In this document: in pieces, positions 1 through 12,545 of the stretch
Layout of the letters: each line of letters opens with the position of its first letter
How positions within the stretch are numbered: the first letter of the stretch is position 1
Source: Octopus bimaculoides
Lineage: Eukaryota
Reading direction: 5' to 3'
DNA length: 42,209 nt
Assembly: GCF_001194135.2 (NCBI RefSeq)
Contig: NC_068982.1
Coordinates: forward strand, 38,487,764-38,529,972
Position numbers and translations under genes: made by a program
The notes under the pieces: generated by a model
Told to the model about the DNA's origin: nothing
Seen by the model: only the letters and a program-made list of their open reading frames with translations
The model's database searches: none

Positions 1-290
1 TCTTGTTTACACGACTTTAAGAGGACAGCTGGGAAACCATCGGGGCCAGTTGCCGAATTTGAGCTCATTTCATTTATGGCAGCTATCACATCTTCCTCTT
101 CAATGTCGATGTAGGTAATGGATGCAGTCTTTTTCTGCTGAGTGCTATTGTCAAAGAAATCAGCTGGGTTCTTTATCTGCATGTGACTCAGAGGAGAGGT
201 GAAGACACTCTTGAATTGTGTACTGAGCACTTCACTTATCCATGTGGGATCTGCAGTCAGTGAGCCATTAGGCAGGAATAGGGGTCGTAT
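1..290 (-). mobile_element. CR1/L2-type non-LTR retrotransposon ORF2 fragment (linker and start of RT), runs off window edge
   Basis: Manual minus-strand translation is open: IRPLFLPNGSLTADPTWISEVLSTQFKSVFTSP...IEEEDVIAAINEMSSNSATGPDGFPAVLLKSCKQ. The F-x-SVFT and S-A-x-GPDG-x-P motifs are typical of CR1/L2 ORF2 just before RT. Not in the ORF track. Confidence 0.85.
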
Positions 291-292
<2 letters not shown>

Positions 293-332
<40 letters not shown>

Positions 333-372
333 TGCACACACATATATTTATATATATATTTATATATATATA
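293..372. repeat. (TA)n microsatellite, interrupted
   Basis: Direct reading; abuts the LINE fragment. Confidence 0.95.
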
Positions 373-580
373 TTATGTGTGTTGTTGTTGTTGTTGATGA
401 TGCCATAAGAAGTTTATAAACATCAAGAGAACATGAAATAATTCTTCTTTAAAATAATGAATCTCAAAGCAAATAAAGCAGCCTTCAACTTCTTCTGGTC
501 AAAAGGATTTTTAAAGCCATATATTTGCACACTGCTATTTATAACTTTATGTGCCTTGTGATTCACTGTTTCAAAAAAGA

Positions 581-712
<132 letters not shown>

Positions 713-812
713 AGATGGATAGCTAGTTAGCTAGATAGTGTATGTATGTGTGTATGTACAATTGTTAGTTTCTCCTTGTCTTGATGTTAGTTGTTAATAT
801 GTGTCACCTTCA

Positions 813-968
813 NNNNNNNNNNNNNNNNNNNNNNNNNNNNNNNNNNNNNNNNNNNNNNNNNNNNNNNNNNNNNNNNNNNNNNNNNNNNNNNNNNNNNNNN
901 NNNNNNNNNNNNNNNNNNNNNNNNNNNNNNNNNNNNNNNNNNNNNNNNNNNNNNNNNNNNNNNNNNNN
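813..968. other. Assembly gap (156 N)
   Basis: Run of N. Confidence 1.
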
Positions 969-1016
969 AGCGCCTTCCACTTGGATTGCTTGGCACTTCA
1001 CCCACTATGTAACAAA

Positions 1017-1143
1017 TGTATGTATGTATGTATGTATGTATGTATATCTGCAGGTATGTATGCATATATGTATGTATGTATATTTGTATATATGTATGTA
1101 TGTGTGTATGCATGCATGTATGTATATCTGCAGGTATGTATGC

Positions 1144-1176
<33 letters not shown>

Positions 1177-1350
1177 TATTTGTATATATGTATGTTTGTA
1201 CATATGTGTATATATATTTGTATGTATGTATGTATGTATGTATAATATATATGTATACCTACATTCACAAACATATACACAGACACACACACACATACTC
1301 ACATACATATATGCACATTTACACTCACACAAAACACACACACACACATG
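1017..1350. repeat. Imperfect (TGTA)n/(CA)n microsatellite tract
   Basis: Direct reading; includes a repeated tgtatatctgcaggtatgtatgcatatatg block. Confidence 0.9.
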
Positions 1351-1747
1351 CACATTATTTCTTGAAACTCCATTGTTTTGAATGTGTTACTCACATGTCT
1401 AAAATATAATAATATAATGCCTCATTGTAACTGTAAATAATAAAGGATTGAGTATCAGAAGACACAAGACAAATATTTATTCTAGACTAATGTAATTTGA
1501 AGATTTGACTGCTATTTCTAGAAGATCGAGTGATGTGAAGAAAAGAAAAAGAAAATACAAATATTGATTTATATCAGAGAATCTTTCCAGTGAGATGTAA
1601 TTACTTAAAAATAGTTATACTTCACATTTCTTAACCTTTATTAAGAACTCAATAGTACATTATTGAATTCTCACAAAATTTAGCTTGCTGGAGAGATGAC
1701 AATGTTATCATTATCATCATCATCATTATCATCATCATTGTCATCAA

Positions 1748-1900
1748 CATCATTTAACGGTCACTTTCCATGCTTGCATGGGTCAGACGGAGTTTTATTG
1801 AGGCAGATTTTTCTACAGTTGTGTGTTCTTCTTGTTGTCAACCTTCATCTGTTTCGAAGCAAGGTAACATTTTCCCTTAGCTAGACACCTGTTTTTCACA
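1748..1900 (-). mobile_element. RTE-LINE 3'-end fragment (or SINE sharing the RTE tail)
   Basis: catcatttaacggtcactttccatgcttgcatggg is the reverse of the ...catggacaacagatgttaaatgatgatg end of the RTE at ~23380-23410. Confidence 0.6.
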
Positions 1901-2029
1901 GAGGACTGGAAATGAACCTCACTTGTATGACAATGACACTCATTTACAACCATCATGTGATGTTTAGACAAAGTACACATAACACACACATGCATATATA
2001 TCCATGTATTATATATATTCCTTTATTTT

Positions 2030-2262
2030 TTTCTTGTTTCAGTCATTCGACTGTGGCCATACTGAAGTACCACTTTGAAGGAATTTAGTCAAATAAATTG
2101 ACCCCAGGACTTATTTTTGAAGTTTAGTACTTATTCTGCCTCTATTTTGCTGAACTGCTAAATTACGGGGACATAAACACACCAACACCAGTTATCAAGC
2201 GGTGATGGGGAACAAACGCAGGCACAAAGACACACACACATAGATACATACATACATATATA
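2030..2262 (-). mobile_element. tRNA-derived SINE family A, 3' half ending in internal microsatellite
   Basis: Collinear with the intact copy at 17234..17640 (cttgtttcagtcattcgactgtggccat...gaccccaggacttatt...acataaacacacc). Confidence 0.85.
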
Positions 2263-2264
2263 TA

Positions 2265-3450
2265 TTGGGTCATCACATAAATAATGTGGCTTTTTTATAC
2301 TTTTATTTTTCAAAATTAAGATAAACAAAGTTCTTTCTTAATCTAAAATATACTTTCCTTCGTTTTCCACAATGCTCTTCCATCTATCTGGTAGACTTGC
2401 AAGGCTTCTCTTCTAAAATTCACTTGTCCATGATGGAAAATACTCCTCCAGTATTGTTCTGACCTTGTCTACAGAATTCATATTTTTTCTGTCCAAATGA
2501 TTTTGAAGACTAGGGAATAAATGATAATCAGATGCGGCAATATGGTGGGTGGGGCATTGTTTCCCATTCAAACTGCTCCAGCCTTTGGAATGTCATCCTT
2601 GCTATTTGTGGCTGAGCATTATCCTGATGGAAGAACACATTTCATCTTGAAACCAGAGATGGTCATTTACCTTCTAGCGTTAACTTAAGCCGCTCAAGTT
2701 GCACACAGTAAATTTCGTTTGTTATCATTTGGTTTGGGTTTTAAAGTTCAAAGTGGTCTAAACCTTTCATATCCCACCAAACAGATAACATCTTATGTGG
2801 GTGAAGACCTTCTTTAGCCTGGGATGCCAGTGTTTCTCCTTTCTCTACCATCTTTGGCACTTGACATTTTTATAGAGAACCCATTTCTTGTCACCGGTCA
2901 CTATTTGGTCCAAAAAGGTTCATTCATGAGATGTGACAGCAAAGAAGAGCACACATTCACTCTCTGTGTGCGATTAGACTCGGAAAATTTGTGAGGGACC
3001 CATTGACCCAATTTGCTGACTTTCCTATGGCACGCAGGTGTCGATGAATGGCTGAATGACCAAATTCAAGCTTCTTTGCTAGTTCCTCAACAGTTACAAT
3101 GGGATTTTGTTCCACCAGGGTTTGCAGGACATCCTTGTCGAGCTCTACAGATCTTCCAGGACAAGGCTCGTCTTCTAGGCTATAGCTTCCAGCTTGGAAT
3201 TTCTGGAACCACCATTGACACTGGCTTACACTTATCATCTGATCCCCATATTCTGCATTAATATTCCTTGCACTTTACATTCCGTTGTTGCCTTTATTGA
3301 ACTCATAAAGCAAAATATGCTGAATATGCTCCTTTGTCATTTCCATTATAGCTTTGAAAAAAGAACTGTTAAAATAGAACAATCTCTCATTCAAAATTCC
3401 GAAAATGCAATTTTTTTCATAGAGCACATGTTTCATGCCAAACATGACCA
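2265..3450 (-). mobile_element. Mariner (DD34D) transposon, degenerate
   Basis: TA|TTGGGTCATCACATAAATAATG terminus at 2265. Transposase pieces MEMTKEHIQHILLYEFNKG (ATG 3346), SVSQCQWWFQKF...LEDEPCPGR (2957..3238) and an HPP(Y)...SDYHLF motif near 2520-2570. Second TIR not found. Confidence 0.9.
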
Positions 3451-3720
3451 CATGCAACCTATACTACACTTACACCACACTCCACATTTGGCACTAAACA
3501 TGACAGGGCATGAGCCACACTCAACCCATACTATTTGTATCTCAACAATCCTCCCAGTTAGATGTGTCTCTACTACTTACTGATGTTTTTTTTTAATGAT
3601 TTTTGTGACTTGAGGACTGAAAATGTTTAAAAATGTTAAAAAGAGCTGCAAATTTCTGTATGGGTAACAGTGAGAATTTTTTTTAAATGTATGTCATTGT
3701 CAATAGCATAATAAGTAGAC

Positions 3721-4250
3721 ATACTGCAGAAGCTTGGCCATGGTGTATCTCTACAGTATCTAACAGAAGATTATAGTGTGAGAACTACCACAGTGTATGA
3801 CATCAAGAAACAGTGAGATAAATTGGTAAAGTTGTAACTAATGAAAAATAGGAAAACATTGCAGAGAGCAAACAATGAAGATCTTGACTGTGTGTAGATT
3901 GAGTTGGTTCAATAGCAAAGAACTGGACATATGTCACTGTCCAGGGATTGATGGACATGAAATAAACTAGAAAATACCTTGAAGAACTAAACATTGAAGG
4001 TAGCAGAAAGTTGGCAGCTGAAATTTTAAGAAGTGTCATAATGTAAAATACCTGAAAATCTGTGGTGCAAAAGCTTCTGCTGATTTGATGCAGCTGAAAG
4101 TTACACTGATAAATTTGCCAAGATGATATCTAATGAACATGATAATCCAAAACAAATTTATAATGGAGATGAAACAACTCCTTACTGTTGCTATGATCCT
4201 AAAAAATGTTAGCAACAGTTGATGAAAATATCTCTATGGACTTGAAACTA
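3721..4250 (+). mobile_element. pogo/Tigger (Jerky/Tigger7-like) transposase fossil
   Basis: Broken frames read ILQKLGHGVSLQYLTEDYSVRTTTVYDIKKQ*DKL (HTH-psq), MKNRKTLQRANNEDLD (CENP-B-type HTH) and KYLKICGAKASAD...KQIYNGDET (first catalytic D). Confidence 0.85.
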
Positions 4251-4944
4251 AAGTTCAACCTTTGATTGAAATATATACAAATCTGAATTTTGTTTTCAAA
4301 GTTGGGGGCAGGGTTGACCTAAGCTATTCCTGGGAACCATGGCTCATGATAAAGGATATGTACTGTACTGTGATTTCAAAAATAAAAAAAAACATTTGGA
4401 ATTCTAAAATGTGTCTGGTTTCAAAGGCTTTAGATAAGAGATTGCACATCTGTTTTTGTTTCCCAGTAACTCACTATAATGACCTCATTACGTTTATGGA
4501 TCACCCAAAACAGTAAGAAACAACCTGCAGGATCTCTGAAAAACAGCTAAACTTAGAAATACCTGGATGAACTACATAGACAATATTGTTAGAAATGCAA
4601 TGCAAATGAATTGCAAAGTTCAGTTTTTAGCAGTGTTACAATGTTAAGGGACAAAATAAAAATAAATGAAAGGCAAAGTAACCTTTTGCTGAAATATGTC
4701 AAAGTAAAAAAGAACCTATGATGTAGTCAAAGGAAGCACCCATGACTGCTTTCAGGGACTTTGCAACTTGTGGGAAAAAGTGATCTGCAAACTGCAGATC
4801 CCCAATATTTACAACAGTGTGCTTCACACACACTAACTGACTATTTCCAAGCACTAAATTAAGTTTAACAGGTGGGCCAGGTGGTAATAGTAAACCAAGC
4901 AATGAATTAAGTTTCCTACCCAAGAATGGGTATGGTCCCTCTGA

Positions 4945-5050
4945 CATATGATCCACACAGTTTCCATCTATCAAATTTCGCTCACAAAGCTTTGATTGAT
5001 CCAAGGTTACGACAAAGGGCACTTGATTAAGATACCATACAGAAGTGGTA
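4945..5050 (-). mobile_element. SINE family A 5'/central fragment
   Basis: cagtttccatctatcaaatttcgctcacaaagctttg matches 17490-17560. Confidence 0.65.
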
Positions 5051-5059
5051 CTAGTGTAT

Positions 5060-5217
5060 GAGTGATATTCATTTTGCCAATCCCAGAGAGATGAATGATA
5101 AAGTCAGCTTCCACAGGATTTGAAACTCTGAATATAAGTAATGAAACTCTGAATATAGAAAGATAAACCTGAATATTATTAAAGCTATTTTTTAGTGCTC
5201 TTGCACTTCTGCCACTG
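5060..5217 (-). mobile_element. SINE family B, highly degenerate
   Basis: gagatgaatgataagtcagcttccacaggatttgaaactc resembles gaatgaaaggcaaagtcgacctcagcggaatttgaactc at ~22010-22050. Confidence 0.5.
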
Positions 5218-5274
5218 TATAAATATTAACTTCAATACATAATAAAGAAATGCAAAGTTTTATATGAATCACTT

Positions 5275-5470
5275 CTCATGATTAAGAATTTTACTTCCAA
5301 CTACATTGTTTCACCAGTCTTGTTCTACAGCACTTTGGGTAAGTGTCTTCTACTATAGCCCTAGGCTGACCAAAGTTTTGTAAATTGAGTTGGTAGATGG
5401 AAACTGCAAAACAAGCCTGTCATATAATATATGTTTGTGTGTGTGTGTGTGCATACAAGTGTGTTTGTTA
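5275..5470 (+). mobile_element. SINE family A 5' portion
   Basis: gcactttgggtaagtgtcttctactatagccctaggctgaccaaag...ggtagatggaaactg followed by the (TG)n tract. Confidence 0.8.
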
Positions 5471-5559
5471 ATGTGTTTACTTGCCACTTACTTATTTGAA
5501 AGTCACAGCCTTTGCATAGTGTTCTGTTGGCATTTCTCCTGTCAATAAAACACCTGTTC

Positions 5560-5715
5560 ATTTTGTGCCTTTGAAGGCACATGGAATAAAATATCTCTTA
5601 CTTGTAAAACAGGTAATGTTAATGTCAAGAACATCCGGCTGTAAAACAATACCTCAATAACATATTTATCTAACCCATGTTAACATAGAAGAGCAGACAT
5701 AAAACACAATGAACA
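5560..5715 (+). mobile_element. RTE-LINE 3'-end fragment
   Basis: tctaacccatgttaacatagaagagcagacataaaac resembles the RTE terminal motif. Confidence 0.5.
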
Positions 5716-5763
5716 ATTTGTATTGTTTTAATATATTGTGTTGTTTTAATATATCATTCTAAT

Positions 5764-6355
5764 TGTTAAAAGAATAACTCACTTAATGATATCAACAATT
5801 ATTTGAACTTTGTTAATTAGTCACTAAATACTTTACATGAATGAGAAGAGGTAAATGGCCTATGGCTAAAGGATTGGACAACTATCTCCTGCATTAAGTA
5901 TTTAAACATTACTAGCTTTTTGTTGTGTCTGTGTAAATCATTCTACAAAATTTACTTCCTTAGTTGTCCTGAATAGCTTTACTGGGGTTATATTTACCTA
6001 AGATGGTTGTTCTATTAAAGGGAGAGTTTATCTTGCTTTCAGTTCNNNNNNNNNNNNNNNNNNNNNNNNNNNNTGTTAAAAGAATAACTCACTTAATGAT
6101 ATCAACAATTATTTGAACTTTGTTAATTAGTCACTAAATACTTTACATGAATGAGAAGAGGTAAATGGCCTATGGCTAAAGGATTGGACAACTATCTCCT
6201 GCATTAAGTATTTAAACATTACTAGCTTTTTGTTGTGTCTGTGTAAATCATTCTACAAAATTTACTTCCTTAGTTGTCCTGAATAGCTTTACTGGGGTTA
6301 TATTTACCTAAGATGGTTGTTCTATTAAAGGGAGAGTTTATCTTGCTTTCAGTTC
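5764..6355. repeat. 282-bp identical direct repeat either side of a 28-N gap (5764..6045 / 6074..6355); probable unmerged contig overlap
   Basis: Both copies read identical by eye and each ends exactly at the gap. Confidence 0.9.
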
Positions 6356-6720
6356 ATGACATTAAAACTAGAGTTAAGCACTGTCCCAACAATCTATTAT
6401 GTTTCATGTAAGGATATTATACTTTAATACATTTATGACGATTTCATCTAGAAAAAAATCATATTGAGACAACATCAGTCTATGTTATAATCAGTTGCAT
6501 TCACTATCAATCATTTTTAGAGTTGATAACTAAACTTGCTAAGATCCAGTCCTACTCTTACTTTCCAATTCTGTTTTTATGAACCACAACTAAGATTTTC
6601 TTAAAATATTAAAGCAAGTTTTTTTTCCAATAAATCGAAAATGCTAGGTGTATGGACAAAATTTATAATTTCTGAGGAGTGGAAGTTTGAATCAGTTCTA
6701 CCTTAACTTATATTGGAAAT

Positions 6721-6731
6721 AGTGTGTGTTT

Positions 6732-6785
<54 letters not shown>

Positions 6786-6845
6786 ATGCGTGTGCATGTG
6801 TGTGCACGTGTGTGTGCAAGTGTGTGCACATGCATGTGCATGCAG
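6721..6845. repeat. (GT)n microsatellite decaying into (GCAT)-type units
   Basis: Direct reading. Confidence 0.95.
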
Positions 6846-9674
6846 AGGGGCAATGCCTAGTTTCTGTGTACATTATCAAAATGGGTACCTGTTTTTGTTG
6901 CTTAATGGTTTTGTGATGCCTGTTGGAGTTAGGTTGTTGTATAAGAAAATTAAAATCAATGCCTGCTTTATTTCTGATATTCTGATAATGTCAGATCATT
7001 GCTTCCTTAAAAATGAATGTAATTACTTCTTAGATTAATGAATAATTTATAGATATTAGAATACCAATGTTACCAATTGTTATGAGTAATGTCTAGCAGG
7101 TCTCTACATCTTTATGGTTATTAATTGTTATGTTGCTTTCCTTTGAGAACTACTTCTCGGATTAGTTTTCTGATAAAAGACAGAGGAACATGAAGGAAAG
7201 AAGACAGGCGCTGGCTCAATCAGTTATAAGAAAGCTTATGTGTGCAACAGAGATGTGTCATGGTTGTTATGTGTTTTTGATTGTTTTTTATATGTAGTTG
7301 GTTTCTTGAGAAATGGAAAATAGCTAATTACTTCAATTAGTTATTGTTTTTCTCCTTGACTATTTTTGATCAAGAACTAATCCGACTCTAGAGCTGGACA
7401 ATTAAACTAATGGGCATCTCTAAAATTCTCCTCCAATGGTTAGTTGCTTTCAAAATGATTCCTATCCCCATCATGTGATGTAGTGTAATATTTTATTCAT
7501 CTCTATGGAGACCAAACTCTAACAATATAGAACCAGAGGTTTTTGTAAAGGATATTTTGCTAGAAAGTGCGAGTGTGTGCGAGAAAAACGCTGCTATCAT
7601 TGTACAGGTGAGTAGTTTTAATAAAATATAAGCAACTATTGTTATCAAAAATATACTGAAAAATGTGTGAAACTTACATAATTAAGTTAACCTAAAATCA
7701 CATTATAATCTTCATACAAGAAATTAATGTTTAAAACTATAATTGTTACAGTTTCAGCAAGCAGTTCTTGTAAACTAAGAGGTTATTCTTTAAAAATATT
7801 AAACTTACTTCAAGTACAAAGTACTTTTTTATATTCATTTGTAAAACTTTGTTAAAATCATGGAAGTTAATTTGAACAAGTTTGAAGAGTTGCTATAACA
7901 AAAACAAAAATAATCATAAATCTTAAAAAGTGATTTAATCTGATCTTATAGAATTTCTAATTTCTTTTCAAGTAGTTTATGAATGAGGCCAATAGATAAT
8001 AATATATATTATAAGCAAATTAGCTTTTAAGTTACCTGTAAAATAAAAGATTTTGTAAAGTGATTTCGTACTTCATAATTCTAAACTGTTTAAACAGAGT
8101 TTTACAAGCAATACCTTTCTTTAAACTATTCATAATTTATGATAATGTTTAAGATTTCTGTAAAAATAGATAACTTATAAAGTCTTTCCATGAGTCATCA
8201 GATTTCCAAATCATATTCTACTTCAGATGAAATAATTAACTCTACTTACCTTAGTATATTCAGCTACAAATTAGACATCAGCTTCTCTAAGTTGCTTATG
8301 ATTGTCTAACCTCCTTTTCTCAGCAAAAATGAGTTTTTTTTTTTCTATCTAACAGTTCAGTAAATGGAGATAAGTACCGTTCTATAGACTTTTGTAGTTT
8401 ATGGAAGGATTCGTCATTTTGGTTTTTAAATTGCATAAAACCTATGTGCTATGTATTTCCTTTTCTTAAAAATGGGCCTATTTTCTTTGACTGAAAAAGT
8501 ATTTATTTTATACAATATTTATTTGATACTAAACCTTTAGAAGGTAGGTAAAAAGAAAATATCAATATAAGATTTATTTGCATTAGAAGTACCAAAGTCC
8601 TAATGAAATGGAAGCAGAAGGTATGACAAGACTAGGTCTTTATTCACCTCTCCATCAGCTTTTTGCCTGCAAACATTTTTTTCATAACATATGATTAAAC
8701 TTCCAGTTTACTCTATCAGTACTACCTTAGTCTCAGAGTTTCATGAATCTCTCTATATAAATGATATCATCAAATTATCCTTCTTTTTTTCTACTGCTCT
8801 TTTATCCTAACACACTGCCCATTCTTTGTTGCTGCAAGCATTCAGGGCCATATTTCTTGTATGAAGGTAACTTTCTCCTTTCCTCCTAACAATTTTGGAG
8901 GTTCTATTAAATATTCAGTCTTACACTAATGATTCTTGTGAATGTGATGATCAATCATTTTGTATGTAAAATGGGAGTCAAAACAGCTAAAATATCAAAA
9001 TGAGACAGTGTTATGGATTAGTTGGGCTCTGGAACAAGCAGTGGGAGTTGAACTGGAATCCAGAAGTTGGCAGTGACTGGCTATAACTGCTGACAGAAGA
9101 ATATTGTAGTTTAATGTAGAAATACCCAAGGAAAATTGGATACCACCTGATGACTTTTTTCTTCTGCCTGAAAGCTACAGTCATAATCACTTGCAAACAA
9201 CTTGTTTGTGCAAGCACTGCCATTTGAAAGCTCCATATACTGGACAGCAGTAGGGTGACCTGTTGTAGTCATCACAAGAGATTGTATAATGTTATGGGGC
9301 TTCCTCTCAACAGCTTTGCTGTGCACCCGATCCTATCACCGGTGTGAGTCCCCTGTCCCTATTGACAAGGTCGTTTAACATTATCCTTATTCTTGTTTTG
9401 ATACAAGACCAGGAATAAATTTTACAAGAATGAACATAAAAAGTAGGATTTATATCCAAAATCTAGAGAGAAGAAATCAAATATTCTAAAGCAGCAGTTG
9501 CCAGCAATTTTTCCACAGACCAGGGGATCATGTGCATAACAAAACACAATGAAGTGCAAAATATATTAATTTAATTAATACCTGTAGTATACACATATAT
9601 AACATATATAATATATATATATATAATACAAAAACATCCTGCAGACTGCAAGTCTTTAAAACAGAAATAAAAAG

Positions 9675-10023
9675 GGTGAAGATACCCTTCAGTCTGAATG
9701 ACCATGGGATTGCTTCTAGATAGTTACCCTAGTTACCCTTCGAGGCACAAGTCTGGGCAAGGTTATTTATGGAAGACCAGCAGTTGTCCATGCATACTAG
9801 CCTTCCCTCACCATGCCACTGATGTTATTCAAGTGAAAGGTAAATGCCGATACAGTTTGATGCCAGTGACGTCGCAACTCATTTCTACAACTGAGTGAAC
9901 TGGAGCAGCGTGGAATAAAGTGTCTTGCTCAAGAACACAACACACAGCCCAGTCCAGAAATCAAACTCATTACCTCATGATTGTGAGCCTGATGTTTTAA
10001 TCACTGAGCCATGCACCTTCACC
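9675..10023 (-). mobile_element. tRNA-derived SINE family C (CORE-like body), near full length
   Basis: Minus head ggtgaaggtgcatggctcagtgatt...ctcacaa...gagtttgatttc has A- and B-box-like motifs, then tgtgttgtgttcttgagcaagacact, which resembles the CORE-SINE motif. Confidence 0.8.
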
Positions 10024-10512
10024 AAATAAAAAAACAAAAACACAGAAATAAAATTTGAAAACTTATTCTTACTGAGTGGCCCAGTACTAAATGATTCACA
10101 GCCTGGTGGTTGGGGGATTCCTGCTCTACAAAAGCATTTTTAATGCTTATGTTTCTGCATTATTACATTAAAAGTTGTAAGCCTTGCAAAGTGTCATTAG
10201 AATGAAATGTGGAGATCAGAATAGAAATGAAATATAATCTTCGATGTACTTCTTAAAATGCATTGTAGTCATGAGGGAATATGTATTACTTGCACATAAG
10301 TACATGGAATGTGAGAAACAATTACAGGTAATATTGTTAGAATGAATGCAAAGTAGACATAATCAGGAAACTTGTAAACTGTTTGTGGGGTACAGAGGCC
10401 AACACTGAATGTGCATGCTTTTAGTTTCAATTTGGATATTTAATTTCATTTCAAACTATTCGGACATCATTGTAAAAATTTATATTAAACATTTTAGAAT
10501 TTACCATTGTAT

Positions 10513-10660
10513 TCATCATCGTCATCACCGCAACAACCACTACAACCATCACCACCCCTATTGTCACAACTACTACCAGCGTCGTTGTCGGCATCATCAT
10601 CATCATCATTATCACCATATTCATCATGTTCATTATTATCATTGTTACTTTCATGATTGT
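10513..10660. repeat. Imperfect (CAT/CAC)n trinucleotide tract
   Basis: Direct reading. Confidence 0.85.
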
Positions 10661-11210
10661 TTTACCATACTGGCCTGGATTATACTGATTTGCATTTCTC
10701 CATCCAATATCATACATCAACTCCTAACTCAATTTCCAATCTTTCTTCATTAATCTATACGACAACAACTAATAATAGATCTTAACGCAATATGTAAATG
10801 CATTACATATCCATCTGACCATGTTTGTATCTCCAGCATACTTAAGACAATACTTTTGCTTCTCCAACTGGGAAAGTGTTCAATCCAATAACATGCATTC
10901 TGCTTTTTGTGGAGCTTTAATATTCCCAGATAGAGTCAAATCAAGCTTGTCACCAGACTTTGGTGCCTAGAGGTGCTTCAGAATATTCTGGGTGAGCACT
11001 AATTTGTAATAATGTTAAAGTGAAGTCACTAAAGTGGAGTAAATCTGAGGGTGCACTATTGAATAGTGAGGGACAGTGCTGCCCTTAGCAACGGGCATGA
11101 ATCAAATTAAATATGTCAAACTTCAAAAAGTAACAGACTGAGCACTTTAAACTCCAAGACTGATATCCTGTAATCTTTTCTTGAAGGTAATGTTTTAGTA
11201 AATTAGATCA

Positions 11211-11212
<2 letters not shown>

Positions 11213-11255
<43 letters not shown>

Positions 11256-11287
11256 NNNNNNNNNNNNNNNNNNNNNNNNNNNNNNNN

Positions 11288-11340
<53 letters not shown>
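11213..11340. repeat. (GA)n microsatellite containing a 32-N gap (11256..11287)
   Basis: Direct reading. Confidence 0.95.
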
Positions 11341-11343
<3 letters not shown>

Positions 11344-12312
11344 CGTGAATAAACAGGAAGTATATCCACCTCAGCGGTTAGCTATCAATACATTGCATTC
11401 TTCAAAAATTCCATGCTTCCCAATATTTGCCAACAACTACTCCTGACATGTCTATGCACCCTTTTGTCTTTATAACTCTTTTACTGTTCCTTTTCTATCT
11501 TTTTGTGTTTGATTTTGGGGTTCATAGTTGTGTTTCTTTACTTGACTTATTGCTGTTTTCTGCCCTTGCTTTTGCCATTTTCCAATGAGTTGTAATGCAC
11601 CTGATCACTCTATGTAAAAAGCTCATATTTTTTTTATTATGGTCAAGTTAATGAGGCAATGAATAACAAGACAAAGTGTCCACAGTTTGTATGCTGTCAT
11701 CAGCAGTATGTTTAGTCCATGGCTTGTAGACACTCAGCTGTTAATGTTAACTATAAATATAAATAGATACACTTAGAGTTATAATTCACAGAAGTATACA
11801 GCAAAAGCATTGTTGGATTTCGTTGGCATACAGTACTGAGTTCAATTCTTCCAAGGACAAAAACCTACATGTGCTAAACAAACATTATGTCCCATGAAAT
11901 GTTTGTACCCTATTGAAACTGAACATAAAGACTAGCCATATGGGTCCTTCTGTCTCAGAACAGGATTCCATTTTCATTTTAGACTAATGGAATATATATT
12001 GAGTAAAATTAACAAAAATATGATATAAAACATTTGTTTCTTTTCCAAAATCAAACAAGACATAAGTTTTAATTATGTGGTTTGTATATGTATGTGTGTA
12101 TGTGTGTGTAAGGGTGGATGAGTGAAGGATAACAAAAATGACCATGTGTCTGGTTAAAAAGTTTTATATTGAGTTTTTCCAAACATTAATATTGTCTTTT
12201 TCTTTTTGATATATTAAAGATAAAGTTTATATATATTAAAATATATCAAATATATTAAATGTTAAATTTATTTATATATATTAAAATATATTAAATATAT
12301 TATAATAAATTC

Positions 12313-12350
<38 letters not shown>

Positions 12351-12355
<5 letters not shown>

Positions 12356-12545
12356 TTTCAAATTTTGGCACAAGGCAAGCAATTTCTGGGAAGGATAAAT
12401 CGATTACATTGACTTCAGAGGTTAACTGGTACTTGTTTTATTAACCCCTGAAAGGATGAAAGGCATAGTCAACCTTGGCAGAATTTGAACTTAGACTGTA
12501 AAGATGGTCAAAATGCTGCTAAGCATTTTGGCCAACATGCCATAC
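12351..12545 (-). mobile_element. SINE family B, degenerate, tail abutting (TA)n
   Basis: actggtacttgttttattaacccctgaaaggatgaaaggcatagtcaaccttggcagaatttgaac matches the reverse of 14161..14390. Confidence 0.85.

Noticed and set aside
5764-6355. Biological tandem duplication
   Set aside because: Identical copies ending exactly at a 28-N gap is the classic unmerged contig overlap.
9147-9182. Hammerhead-like CTGATGA...GAAA...GTC
   Set aside because: The intervening sequence is nearly all pyrimidine, so stem II cannot form; helix III does not pair.
10409-10753. His-rich 114-aa ORF
   Set aside because: Product of the (CAT/CAC)n tract; no splice or compositional support.
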